In this document: in pieces, positions 32,201 through 42,434 of the stretch
Position numbering within the stretch: the stretch's first letter is position 1
Layout of the letters: the number at the start of each line of letters is the position of its first letter
Assembly (NCBI GenBank): GCA_030141605.1
Contig: JAQGDQ010002395.1
Coordinates: 53,056 to 117,055 of the forward strand
Length of the DNA stretch: 64,000 bases
Source: Tubiluchus corallicola
Taxonomy: Eukaryota; Animalia; Priapulida
Reading direction: 5' to 3'
The notes under the pieces: model-generated
What the model was told of the DNA's origin: nothing
Database searches by the model: none
Seen by the model: only the letters and a program-made list of their open reading frames with translations
Position numbers and translations under genes: made by a program

Positions 32201-32529
32201 AGCATACCAATGTAGGAGAATACCAATACATTAGCATCAGCAGGTATTTGGGACAAATTGTATTTCCCCTCCCAGTCTGTGATTACCCCTATAGTTGTAC
32301 CTTTAACCATTACTGTTACTCCCGTAATAGGGTTCCCGTTCTCTTCTGTTACGGTACCACTAATTGTCTTTTGCTGAGCGGAAAGTGCCCCTCCTGTCAG
32401 CATAAAAAGGAGCATAATATAAGTGCTCCACCAACTCTTTGTTTTTGAAATGAAACTTAGACTTATTTTCCTCATAGATTTAAAGTATTTAAAAATTAAT
32501 AATAAATTTATTTTCGCTTTTAAAAGCAA
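29236..32529 (-). CDS. SusC/RagA TonB-dependent transporter
   Basis: [55 protein letters not shown]. Likely start MRKISL at 32475. Confidence 0.96.
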   Translation of the reverse strand: [1097 protein letters not shown]

Positions 32530-33035
32530 CGCCCTTTCGGGAAAATTCCAGGCTATACAGAAACGACATAGTTTATCCCAAATGGGAGCTAAACCAGAAA
32601 GAGAGACACGCTAAGTTTTTAAATTTGGTTTTGTACAATGAGCCCTTTGCAATACTCATTTTTTCTTTAAAGTTCTCTTCAAAGCCTTTATTTTACATCA
32701 GTAAATTGCGACTTTTTATTGAAATTTTTCTTGATTTGAATCAAAGCGCTTTGTTTTGTAATGGCCTCATATTGTTTAGTTTAGTATATTATATTATGGC
32801 AAAGAGCTATAACGATTTGTAGCTTTACCAGGTATTAAATTTTATTTACAATATAGTTAAAAAAGTTTAAATACTTATTTTAAGGAAATGAAAGCTGTGG
32901 GAAAGTCTTACGGTTATTAAATTGGAATAGAATAGAGTGTAGGTGTGTTTTTGCCTTGCGAAGGTTTCATCATATGGTTTTATAAGCAATAGGGGAGTGA
33001 AGGCTGAGTGTTTAGACAGGTGTGATTATCATGTT

Positions 33036-35804
33036 TTAGTGAGCATCAAGCCAATTTTTAGCTGCATGTATTTCAACAGTGAGAGGTATCTGTATCTGTA
33101 CAGCATTTTCCATTTCAAATTTTACAATTTCCATCAATTCTTCCAGTTCGGGCTTATAGGCATCAAAGTTCAATTCATCGTGCACTTGCAGGATCATTTT
33201 TGATTTCATCCCTTTTTCCTCCATTTTGCGATGTATGTTTATCATTGCGATTTTTATAATATCTGCTGCAGATCCTTGTATAGGCGCATTGACGGCATTT
33301 CGCTCGGCTATTTTTCTTACCATAGTGTTAGCTGAGTTTATATCGTTGAGGTATCGTTTTCTTCCCATCATAGTTTTTACAAATCCGTCTTTGCGTGCTT
33401 GTTCTATCTGTTTGTCAATAAATTCTCTTACCATACCAAAGCTGCTAAAGTACCCATCTATCAGCTCTTTGGATTCGGCCCGGGGAATGTTAAGCCTTTG
33501 AGATAGTCCGAATGCAGAGATGCCGTATATAATTCCGAAGTTGGCGGTTTTGGCTTTTCTCCTCATTTCCGGTGTTACTCTGTCCATGTCTACACCAAAT
33601 ATCTTAGATGCTGTTGTTAGGTGTATGTCTTCACGTTTTCTGAATGCTTCGGCCATTTCATTATCTTGCGACATTGCTGCCATGATGCGAAGCTCTATTT
33701 GGGAGTAGTCGGCTGAGAGGTATATGTGTTCTTTGTCTGACGGGATAAATGCTCTTCTTATCTCTTTGCCACTTTCATCCCTGATGGGTATGTTTTGCAT
33801 GTTTGGGTTTTTCGAGCTAAGCCTACCCGTTGCCACTACGGTTTGATTAAAGGAGGTGTGTATTTTACCTGTCACTGGGTTTACCAACCTGGGAAGGGCT
33901 TCCACGTAGGTAGACAGCAGTTTTTTTATCCCCCTGTATTCTAATATTTTCTGAACGATAGAGTGTTTGTTTTGTAACTGTACCAATACCTCTTCACTGG
34001 TAGAGTATTGTTTTGTTTTTGTCTTTTTTGCTTTAGGATTGAGTTTTAACTTGTCAAAAAGGATTGTTCCCAGCTGTTTTGGCGAAGATATATTAAACTC
34101 TTCTCCAGCCAGTTCTGTTATTTCCTTTTCAAGGCCTATTGCTACATTTCTTAGATGTTCTGCATATGTCAACAACGCATTTTTATCTATTTTTACGCCC
34201 GATAGTTCCATTGAAACCAGTATTTTTACTAGTGGCATCTCTATTTCATGGAACAGCTTAGTCACACCGGTGCTCTCCATCTCTTTTAGAAGGATTGGTT
34301 TCAATCTTCGGGTTATATCAGCGTCTTCACAGGCGTATTCAAGTAGTTTTTCGGGGGGTACTTGCCTCATTGAGCGCTGATTTTTTCCACGCTCCCCAAT
34401 TAGGGACTCAATAGGTATTTTAATGTATCCTAAGTATATTTTGCTAAGGTAGTCAAGGTTGTGTCGTAGTTCAGGCTGTATAAGGTAGTGAGCGATCATG
34501 GTGTCGAAGTAAGGTTCTTTTACTTCAGCACCATAGCGAGTCAGTATTAGTATGTCGTATTTAATGTTTTGTCCTATTTTCAAAATATTTTCATCTTCAA
34601 AGACCGAAGCAAACTCCTGTATAATAGCTTTAGCTGGTTCTGGATCAGGCGGCAGAGGTACAAAGTAGGCTTCCGTGTCACGAAAAGAGAAGGATATTCC
34701 TATTGGTTCAGCTGTGTGAGGGTCCAGTCCGGTGGTTTCGACATCAAAACAGAACTCTTTTTCTGCCTTAAGTCTGGAGTGGAGTTCTGATCTTTTCTTC
34801 TCCGAATCGACCAGTACATAGTTATGGTTTGCAGAGGTTAGTTTTTCGTTTTGCTTTTCTACTTTATGAGGTGGTGTCACTGGTTGTGACATGTTTGCAA
34901 ATAGTGTACCTTCTCCAAATGCTATTTGTTGTGTAGCTCCATTGCCATACTGGGCGGCAAGTTTTGTGAATCCCAGATCATCAAATAGGTTGTGCAGCTT
35001 TTCTCTGTTGGGATCCACTTTGCTCATTTGTTCGGGTTTTATATCGAGCGGTACGTCCAGAACTATTGTTGCAAGTTTTTTGGATAGCCTCACCTGCTCT
35101 TCATTTTCTTGTAAGCGCTCTTTTTGTTTCCCTTTCAGCTTACCTGTGTTTTGATAGATGTTATCTATGTTTTCAAACTGTTCGATTAACTGCATTGCTG
35201 TTTTTGGTCCTACTCCCGGGCATCCGGGTATATTATCAGCAGTATCGCCCATAAGCGCTAAGATATCTATTACCTGTGTGGGGTTAGATACCCGGAAGTT
35301 ATCCATTACTTGCTCTACTCCCCAGATCTCCACATCATTCCCCATGCGCTTGGGTTTATACATAAATATGTTTTCGGATACTAGCTGGGCGTAGTCTTTG
35401 TCAGGGGTTATCATGTAGACTTCAAAGTCTTCTTTGCAGGCCTGTTTTGCTATGGTTCCGATAACATCATCCGCCTCATATCCCTTTTTTTCAATTATTG
35501 GAATATTGTAGGCCTCTATGATTTTTCGTATGTAGGGTATAGAGTTTCTAATATCTTCGGGCATCTCTTCACGTTGTGCCTTGTATTTTTTAAATATTTT
35601 GTGCCTGAATGTAGGTTCTGACATGTCAAAGGCTACCGCTATATGAGAGGGTTCTTCTTTTTTCAAAAGCTGCTCCAAAGTATTTGTAAAGCCGAATATT
35701 GCGGAGGTATTAATGCCCTTGGGGCTATATCGCGGGTTTTTTATGAAGGCGAAGTACGCCCTGTATATAAGTGCGTATGCATCAAGAAGAAATAGCTTTT
35801 TCAT
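33036..35804 (-). CDS. polA: DNA polymerase I
   Basis: LLDAYALIYRAYFA 5'-3' exonuclease, FDVETTG 3'-5' exonuclease, ADYSQIELR, AKTANFGIIYG, QVHDEL. Confidence 0.98.
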   Translation of the reverse strand: MKKLFLLDAYALIYRAYFAFIKNPRYSPKGINTSAIFGFTNTLEQLLKKEEPSHIAVAFDMSEPTFRHKIFKKYKAQREEMPEDIRNSIPYIRKIIEAYNIPIIEKKGYEADDVIGTIAKQACKEDFEVYMITPDKDYAQLVSENIFMYKPKRMGNDVEIWGVEQVMDNFRVSNPTQVIDILALMGDTADNIPGCPGVGPKTAMQLIEQFENIDNIYQNTGKLKGKQKERLQENEEQVRLSKKLATIVLDVPLDIKPEQMSKVDPNREKLHNLFDDLGFTKLAAQYGNGATQQIAFGEGTLFANMSQPVTPPHKVEKQNEKLTSANHNYVLVDSEKKRSELHSRLKAEKEFCFDVETTGLDPHTAEPIGISFSFRDTEAYFVPLPPDPEPAKAIIQEFASVFEDENILKIGQNIKYDILILTRYGAEVKEPYFDTMIAHYLIQPELRHNLDYLSKIYLGYIKIPIESLIGERGKNQRSMRQVPPEKLLEYACEDADITRRLKPILLKEMESTGVTKLFHEIEMPLVKILVSMELSGVKIDKNALLTYAEHLRNVAIGLEKEITELAGEEFNISSPKQLGTILFDKLKLNPKAKKTKTKQYSTSEEVLVQLQNKHSIVQKILEYRGIKKLLSTYVEALPRLVNPVTGKIHTSFNQTVVATGRLSSKNPNMQNIPIRDESGKEIRRAFIPSDKEHIYLSADYSQIELRIMAAMSQDNEMAEAFRKREDIHLTTASKIFGVDMDRVTPEMRRKAKTANFGIIYGISAFGLSQRLNIPRAESKELIDGYFSSFGMVREFIDKQIEQARKDGFVKTMMGRKRYLNDINSANTMVRKIAERNAVNAPIQGSAADIIKIAMINIHRKMEEKGMKSKMILQVHDELNFDAYKPELEELMEIVKFEMENAVQIQIPLTVEIHAAKNWLDAH

Positions 35805-36500
35805 TATAAAGTACAGCCTGTTTTGCTGTTTTTGAAAGGGTAAATTGTTATGTTACATCAAGCTCACACAAAGATATAAATACTGGTATTTTTGCAAAAC
35901 TTATCTTTTTACTAAACTAATGTTATTCGTCAAAATCCTCATTTAGGTCACTACTGAAAGAGGTCAAAGGTGTTTTTCAACGTTGCCCGGTTTAATATGC
36001 CTGGGATGGGGCTCTTATTTTTAAAGAGTAATAGAGTCAGGGTTTTAGTAATTGATCCCCATTCAGGTTATTTAGTGATAGGTATGATCTTTTTCCTAAT
36101 GTTTCTCGTAGGATGGAGCGTGCATAATGAAAGTTTTATCTATATTTTAGTGTGAGCATTTGTTGCAAGCAGTTTCTACATGAGTAAGAGCATGAGTGGT
36201 AACTATCGATGTAGAGCTCAGTTTTGAGCTGCTTGGAGTGTTATGGTTTTATTCTTACTTATAATTATTTAGCAAGGACATGTCAATACACTGTTGAGTG
36301 GATATACCGGGGATAGCTTTTGCATATGTAATACTTAATGCTAATTAGGGGTCTTTTTCACACTGAATTGCCTTGTTTGATTGCACAGTTTTTAATAGTT
36401 TCAAAATTTTGCTTAAGTTCGTTCTGACAGGTTTTCTGTTTTTATTTATGGTTTTAAGAGTCATATAAAAATATAGTAGTATATAACTCATCTTATTATT

Positions 36501-37673
36501 GTGCCGATATTTAAGTTAGCACTTAGAAACCTTTTAGGGGCGGGGCTCAGAGTATGGCTCAACGCTTTTGTTCTCTCTTTGTCATATGTTTTGATTATAT
36601 GGCATCAGGGTATTATAGATGGCTGGGATATGCAGGCTAAGCGTGATATGATTGCGTGGGAGGTTGGCGGAGGTCAGTTTTGGCATCCCGATTACGATCC
36701 TTATGATCCATTTACACTTGAAAGCTGTCATGCGCCTATTCCGGAAGAGTTACAGCAGGTGGTGGATAGCGGAGCTGTTGTGCCTATTGTTATTTCACAA
36801 GGCACATTATATCCTGCGGGTAGGATGCAGTCGGTAATATTAAAGGGTATTCCTCCGGAGCAGACCGTTTTGGAGCTTCCGACTTCAGTTCTGAAGGGTG
36901 GTGGTTTTTTAGCTTCAGCGCTGATAGGCAAGAGGATGGCTAAAAGCTGTGAGCTTGATAAGGGAGATATAGTTCTTGTTAGGTGGCGTGACTCTAATGG
37001 CACATTTGATGCGACTGAGATAGTGATTGCAGATGTGTTTGACACCAATGTTCCTGCTGTAGATATGGGTGTTGTGTGGCTCTCTTTGGAAGGGTTGCAA
37101 GGCATGCTGCAGCTGCCTGGTGAAGCTACCATGCTTGTAGTGTCTTCCGAATATCGGGAGTTGTCGGATATGGGAGGTTGGAGTTATAAGTCGGTGGATG
37201 AGCTTACTGTTGATCTTACCCGGGTTATAAAATCGAAGTCGATTGGCGGTTCGGTGCTTTATGTGGTTCTTATGGCGTTAGCTATGCTTGCTGTGTTTGA
37301 CACACAGGTTTTATCGGTCTTCAGGCGGCAGAAAGAGATTGGGCTGTTCATGGCTTTAGGAATGACCCGGCGAGGTGTTGTGTGGCTTTTTACTCTTGAG
37401 GGAGCTATGAACTCTTTGTTTGCGCTATTTATGGCTGCAGTTTACGGATTACCACTGTTCTATTACACTTCTGCAAAAGGCTATTCAATGCCTGCTGGTA
37501 GTGATGAGTATGGCTTGGCTATTGCGGAAATTATATATCCCGAGTATGGTTTGGGTCTAGTGCTGGGTACTATTGCTTTTATAGTGATAGCAACAACAGT
37601 TGTAAGCTATCTGCCATCCGGGAAGATATCGAACATGAACCCGACTGATGCAATAAGAGGAAGGCTACAATGA
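36501..37673 (+). CDS. ABC transporter permease (LolE/FtsX/MacB family)
   Basis: LALRNL, large periplasmic loop, RRQKEIGLFMALGM, C-terminal MNPTDAIRG. Confidence 0.9.
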   Translation: MPIFKLALRNLLGAGLRVWLNAFVLSLSYVLIIWHQGIIDGWDMQAKRDMIAWEVGGGQFWHPDYDPYDPFTLESCHAPIPEELQQVVDSGAVVPIVISQGTLYPAGRMQSVILKGIPPEQTVLELPTSVLKGGGFLASALIGKRMAKSCELDKGDIVLVRWRDSNGTFDATEIVIADVFDTNVPAVDMGVVWLSLEGLQGMLQLPGEATMLVVSSEYRELSDMGGWSYKSVDELTVDLTRVIKSKSIGGSVLYVVLMALAMLAVFDTQVLSVFRRQKEIGLFMALGMTRRGVVWLFTLEGAMNSLFALFMAAVYGLPLFYYTSAKGYSMPAGSDEYGLAIAEIIYPEYGLGLVLGTIAFIVIATTVVSYLPSGKISNMNPTDAIRGRLQ

Positions 37674-38947
37674 TACTATTTTTGTATAGAGGATTGTTCC
37701 GGGATAAGCAGCGCAGTAAGTTGCCTGTGATAATTGTTAGCCTGGGAGTTATGCTGACCGTTCTTCTGTCGTGTTGGGTTGAGGGTGTGGTGAGCAACGG
37801 TATAGATATGAATGCGCGTTTTAGCACTGGGCATGTTAAAGTGATGTCCGGGCCATATGCCGATCATGAAGAGCAGGTACCTAATGATCTTGCACTGATG
37901 GATGTTTCCGGGTTGGTAGATGAGTTGAAGGAGATCTATCCTGATATGCACTGGGTGGAGCGGATCCGCCTTGGCGGGTTGCTGGATGTTCCTGATGAGC
38001 TAGGGGAGACAAAGTCACAAGGCCCGGTTAGCGGTATTGCTATAGATCTTTTTAATGATAATCAGGGGGAGCTTGAGCGCCTGAACATATCCCGTTCGCT
38101 TGTGAAAGGTGGGCGTATACCTGAGTTGCCGGGAGAGGTTCTTTTAAGTGATAGTTTTGCTGTGAAGATGGGGGTATCTCCCGGTGATAATATAACAATA
38201 ATAAGCTCTACTATGCATGGTGGTATGGCGTTTTATAATTTGACGCTAGTCGGAACTGTGAATTTTGGTTCTGCTTACCTTGACAGGGGTACCATAATAG
38301 TTGATATTTCTGATGCAAGGCTTATACTTGACATGCATGATGCAGCGGGTGAGATACTGGGGTACTTTGATGATGGTTATTATAATGATAAGCTTGCCGT
38401 AGCTATTTCCAGTACTTTTAACAAGAGGCATGCAGGGTCTGATGATGAGTTTGCTCCGGTTATGGTTGCGCTAAGTGGTAGGCAGTATTTGGGGCAGATG
38501 CTTTCAATGGCAAAAAATATGGGAGCTATTGTTTCTACCGTGTTTATTGTAATAATGTCAATAGTCCTTTGGAATGCTGGGATTCTTGGGGGATTGCGCC
38601 GCTATGGTGAGTTTGGGCTTCGGCTGGCTGTAGGCGAGGGTAGAGGGCATATTTATGGATCCCTGGTTGGGGAGTCTGTTATTGTAGGTGTTACAGGCTC
38701 TATTTTGGGTACGTTTGCAGGTTTGTTATTGGCTTGGTGGCTACAGAGCTACGGGATTGATTTTTCCAAAGTAATGAAGAATGTAAGTATGATGATACCG
38801 ACGGTTTACAGGGCACGCATAACCCCGGAGGCTTTTTATATAGGGCTTGTGCCGGGCATGCTTTCAACCGTAATGGGGGCAATGCTTTCCGGGATAGGGA
38901 TATACAGGCGCGGGACGGCAGGTTTGTTTAAAGAGCTTGAGAATTAA
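37670..38947 (+). CDS. ABC transporter permease (LolE/FtsX family)
   Basis: Same topology as the preceding permease, RRYGEFGLRLAVGE. ATGA overlap with the previous gene. Confidence 0.9.
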   Translation: MILFLYRGLFRDKQRSKLPVIIVSLGVMLTVLLSCWVEGVVSNGIDMNARFSTGHVKVMSGPYADHEEQVPNDLALMDVSGLVDELKEIYPDMHWVERIRLGGLLDVPDELGETKSQGPVSGIAIDLFNDNQGELERLNISRSLVKGGRIPELPGEVLLSDSFAVKMGVSPGDNITIISSTMHGGMAFYNLTLVGTVNFGSAYLDRGTIIVDISDARLILDMHDAAGEILGYFDDGYYNDKLAVAISSTFNKRHAGSDDEFAPVMVALSGRQYLGQMLSMAKNMGAIVSTVFIVIMSIVLWNAGILGGLRRYGEFGLRLAVGEGRGHIYGSLVGESVIVGVTGSILGTFAGLLLAWWLQSYGIDFSKVMKNVSMMIPTVYRARITPEAFYIGLVPGMLSTVMGAMLSGIGIYRRGTAGLFKELEN

Positions 38948-39115
38948 GCTATGAGGCTGTTTTTTGTAGTGTAAAGTGTGGTTCAGTCTGAAGGGTAACA
39001 GTGTAAGAGTCGCAATTTACAGAGGCAAGTGAGTATTTTTGACGGAAGTGTAAAAGAGATGAGTTTTGCAAGGTCGAGGTCAGGTGTATAGGTAGTGTAA
39101 AAGTTAAGAGCAGAT

Positions 39116-39853
39116 ATGGTAAGAAAATTGATAGTGGTTTTTATGATGTTGCCTCTTTTTGCTTTGGGCGGGTATCCTGAAGGGAAAGATGTTTTGGCGC
39201 GTATTGATAAAAATATGACTTCGACGAATAGCGTTATTGTGGCAAAAATGATTGTCCATGGAAGGCGTTTAAGTCGTACTATGGAGTTTAAAACCTGGTC
39301 GGAAGGGGAGGATAATGGGTTTACCGAGTATTTTTCTCCCGCAAGGGAGAAGGGCACAAAGATGCTTAAGCAGGGAGATAGGTTGTGGATTTACTCTCCT
39401 TCGACGGACCGTATTATTCAAATATCAGGTCATATGTTGCGTCAGTCTGTTATGGGTTCTGACTTGTCGTATGAAGATATGATGGAAGAGCAGGAGTTGG
39501 CACTTCATTATGATGCTGTTGTTGTTGGAGAGGAGCAGATAGAGGGGAGGGACTGTCTGATAGTTAACCTTACTGCCAAGAGGGAAGGCGTTGCATATTA
39601 CAAGCGTAAGTTGTGGGTAGATAGTGAGCGGTTTGTGCCGGTGAAAGAGGAGCTTTTTGCTAAAAGTGGTAAGCTTTTAAAGAGAACAGAGATGTTTGAT
39701 ATTACCAATATTGATGGGAGATGGTATCCTAAAAGACTTATTTTTAAGGATATGCTAAAGCAGGGAAAGGGGACAGAGTTTATTATTGATAAAATAGAGT
39801 TTAATGTTGATATTCCTGGGTATATTTTTAACAAAGCTTCTTTAAAAAAGTAG
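39116..39853 (+). CDS. Outer-membrane lipoprotein-sorting protein (LolA-like)
   Basis: PAREKGTKMLK...LWIYSP...MGSDLSYEDM. Confidence 0.9.
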   Translation: MVRKLIVVFMMLPLFALGGYPEGKDVLARIDKNMTSTNSVIVAKMIVHGRRLSRTMEFKTWSEGEDNGFTEYFSPAREKGTKMLKQGDRLWIYSPSTDRIIQISGHMLRQSVMGSDLSYEDMMEEQELALHYDAVVVGEEQIEGRDCLIVNLTAKREGVAYYKRKLWVDSERFVPVKEELFAKSGKLLKRTEMFDITNIDGRWYPKRLIFKDMLKQGKGTEFIIDKIEFNVDIPGYIFNKASLKK

Positions 39854-39953
39854 GTGTTATGGTAAAAGTAGGTGTTATGGTAAAAGTAGGTGTTATGGTA
39901 AAAGTAGGTGTTATGGTAAAAGTAGGTGTTATGGTAAAAGTAGGTGTTATGGT
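39846..39953. repeat. 18-bp perfect tandem repeat x6
   Basis: (aaaagtaggtgttatggt)6. The first copy contains the TAG stop of the LolA-like gene. Confidence 0.97.
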
Positions 39954-40026
39954 AATAGTGTAGTGCTTTTAACTTGCCTATAGATTTTCATTTTATTTAA
40001 ATAGTGTTAGCTTTGTAAATAAATCT

Positions 40027-40323
40027 GTGATTATGACAGAACGAGAGCTTGCTTTATTGACTGAATTTAGGGAGAATATTAGGAGGCTGATTGGGTTGTG
40101 TGATCGGATAAAGATGGAGAATAGCCGACTGATAGAAAAGAATGTGGGACTGCAGGAGCAGATAGATCTTCTTAGCCAAAAGGGGGCGGCTCTTGATAAA
40201 AAGAATGAGGAGATGGAGTTTGCAAAGTCGTTGCTGGGACTTGAAGATCCTAGTAATGCCAAAGCTAAAATAAGTAAAATTGTACGGGAGATTGATAGTT
40301 GTATTGCCTTAATGAGTGATTGA
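40027..40323 (+). CDS. Coiled-coil protein upstream of zapA (ZapB-like)
   Basis: Heptad pattern, C-terminal KISKIVREIDSCIAL. Conserved Bacteroidota synteny. Confidence 0.8.
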   Translation: MIMTERELALLTEFRENIRRLIGLCDRIKMENSRLIEKNVGLQEQIDLLSQKGAALDKKNEEMEFAKSLLGLEDPSNAKAKISKIVREIDSCIALMSD

Positions 40324-40336
40324 GTAGTTTATAGAG

Positions 40337-40624
40337 ATGGAAGATAAACTTTTAGTAAAGATTATTATAGCTGATCGTTCCTACCCACTGCGTGTAAGTA
40401 GGGATGAAGAGGAGAAGATAAGGAAGGCTGCGAAAGTTATTAATGATAAGGTGTTGCAGTACAAGGAGCGTTACCCAAGTAAGAATAGCCAGGACTGTTT
40501 GGCTATGTGTGCATTACATATTGTAATACAGAAGCTTGACGTTGATGTCAGAAACGATATATTGCCTTTGATGGAAGAGGTTGAAGAGATGAATGACCTG
40601 CTTGCGGGGTATCTTGAGGAATAG
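40337..40624 (+). CDS. zapA: Cell division protein ZapA
   Basis: IADRSYPLRV..EEEKIRKAAKVIN, QDCLAM. Confidence 0.9.
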   Translation: MEDKLLVKIIIADRSYPLRVSRDEEEKIRKAAKVINDKVLQYKERYPSKNSQDCLAMCALHIVIQKLDVDVRNDILPLMEEVEEMNDLLAGYLEE

Positions 40625-40629
40625 ATAGT

Positions 40630-40733
40630 CTGTAGCAGTATAACACCCGTAGGTGATATTTGCCCGCATTTTACTTTTTAAAGCGAGTTGTAAAAATACA
40701 GTGCTTTGAAGTGTTGAGATAGCGGGTTTTTTT
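40630..40733 (+). ncRNA. ssrS: Candidate 6S RNA (6S-Flavo/Bacteroidales-1-like)
   Basis: Lies between zapA and rny. Long hairpin closed by cccgc/gcggg with inner tttaaagcg/tgctttgaa, followed by a T tract. Boundaries are uncertain. Confidence 0.5.
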
Positions 40734-40767
40734 GTATGTAAAACATAAAATTAAATTAAAATTAGAT

Positions 40768-42321
40768 ATGTCAATAACAGGGTTTATAGTTGTTGCTTTT
40801 ATAGTTGGAGTTCTTGCTTCCTATTTTATATGGAATTTTGCTTTAAGAAGGAAGAAGAGCAGGCTGTTGAATGAGGCGGAGGTTCATTCCGAGATGCTGA
40901 GAGAGAAGAGGATTCTTCAGGCAAAAGAGAAGTTTATCCAGTTGAAAGCAAAGCATGAGAAGTATATAAATGAAAAGCGGGTAGGTGTTTCCGAGGCGGA
41001 GAACAGGTTGAAGCAGAAAGAGGCATCTTTTATCCAGCGCAGGGATGAGTTTCAGAAAAGGGTAAAAGATTTTGAGATTTCCAAAAAGGAGGTTGAGTCT
41101 GTACGTCAAAACTTTAATAACCAACTGAAGGCTGTTGAGTTAAAGAGAGAGGAGCTTGCCAAAATGCATAAGCGGCAGGTAGACCAGTTGGAGCAGATAT
41201 CGGAGCTTTCTGCTGAAGAGGCTAAAAAGCAGCTTGTTGAGTCTTTAAAAGGGGAGGCTAAGAGTGAGGCTATGTCTTATGTTCAAGAGGTAATGGATGA
41301 TGCCAAGATGACTGCGAACAAGGAGGCTAAGAAGGTTATAATCAAGTCCATACAGAGGGTGGCAACAGAGACGGCTATAGAGAATGCTGTTACTATTTTC
41401 CATATCGATAATGATGAGATAAAGGGGCGAATTATAGGGCGTGAAGGGCGTAATATACGGGCTCTAGAAGCAGCTACAGGTGTAGAGATAGTGGTAGATG
41501 ACACTCCTGAGGCTATAGTGCTGTCTGCCTTTGATCCAGTTCGCCGTGAGGTTGCACGTCTTGCGTTGCACAGGCTTGTAACAGATGGGAGGATCCACCC
41601 TGCCCGTATCGAAGAGGTTGTGAATAAGATAAAGACCCAGATTGAGGAGGAGGTTGTAGAGGCGGGTAAAAGAACTTGTATTGATTTGGGTATACACGGT
41701 ATGCATCCTGAGTTGATAAGGCTAACAGGCAAGATGAAGTATCGTTCGTCGTATGGACAAAACCTGCTTCAGCATTCGCGAGAGACAGCTAATTTGTGTG
41801 CAATAATGGCAGTGGAGCTTGGGCTGAACCCTAAGCGCGCAAAGCGGGCAGGCCTGCTTCATGATATAGGTAAGGTGCCTGATGATGAGCCGGAACTGCC
41901 TCACTCAATATTGGGTATGAATCTTGCGGAGAAGTATAAGGAGAAGCCGGATATTTGCAATGCCATTGGTTCTCATCATGATGAGGTTGAGATGACCAGT
42001 CTGCTTGCACCAATAGTACAGGCTTGTGATGCTATATCTGGTGCCCGGCCGGGTGCCCGCCGGGAGGCTGTGGAGTCGTATATAAAGAGGTTAAAGGATC
42101 TTGAGGCGATGGCACTATCTTATCCCGGTGTGGTGAAAACATATGCTATTCAGGCAGGGCGCGAGCTACGTGTGATCGTGGGAAGCGATAAGCTTACTGA
42201 TAATGAGACGGAGCAGTTGTCGTACGATATAGCTAAAAAGATACAGGATGAGATGACTTATCCCGGGCAGGTAAAAGTTACCGTTATAAGGGAGACCCGT
42301 GCTGTGAATTATGCTAAATAG
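40768..42321 (+). CDS. rny: Ribonuclease Y
   Basis: N-terminal TM, coiled coil, KH domain [15 protein letters not shown] domain LLHDIGK. Likely ATG at 40768. Confidence 0.97.
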   Translation: MSITGFIVVAFIVGVLASYFIWNFALRRKKSRLLNEAEVHSEMLREKRILQAKEKFIQLKAKHEKYINEKRVGVSEAENRLKQKEASFIQRRDEFQKRVKDFEISKKEVESVRQNFNNQLKAVELKREELAKMHKRQVDQLEQISELSAEEAKKQLVESLKGEAKSEAMSYVQEVMDDAKMTANKEAKKVIIKSIQRVATETAIENAVTIFHIDNDEIKGRIIGREGRNIRALEAATGVEIVVDDTPEAIVLSAFDPVRREVARLALHRLVTDGRIHPARIEEVVNKIKTQIEEEVVEAGKRTCIDLGIHGMHPELIRLTGKMKYRSSYGQNLLQHSRETANLCAIMAVELGLNPKRAKRAGLLHDIGKVPDDEPELPHSILGMNLAEKYKEKPDICNAIGSHHDEVEMTSLLAPIVQACDAISGARPGARREAVESYIKRLKDLEAMALSYPGVVKTYAIQAGRELRVIVGSDKLTDNETEQLSYDIAKKIQDEMTYPGQVKVTVIRETRAVNYAK

Positions 42322-42434
42322 GTATAGCTATTTTTTGTTGAAGTATTTTTTAAATTCTAATTATATTTTGCACTTGTAAGAGTTGCGATATCAAGTATTA
42401 TTCTTGCCACATAGTGATATAAAAAGTTAAAGAA

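Noticed and set aside
35970-36155. 61-aa ORF upstream of the ABC permeases
   Set aside because: No recognisable similarity; cannot be supported as a gene or as a TetR/ATPase remnant.
39846-39953. CRISPR or iteron array
   Set aside because: The 18-bp units are contiguous with no spacers, and no rep gene is nearby.
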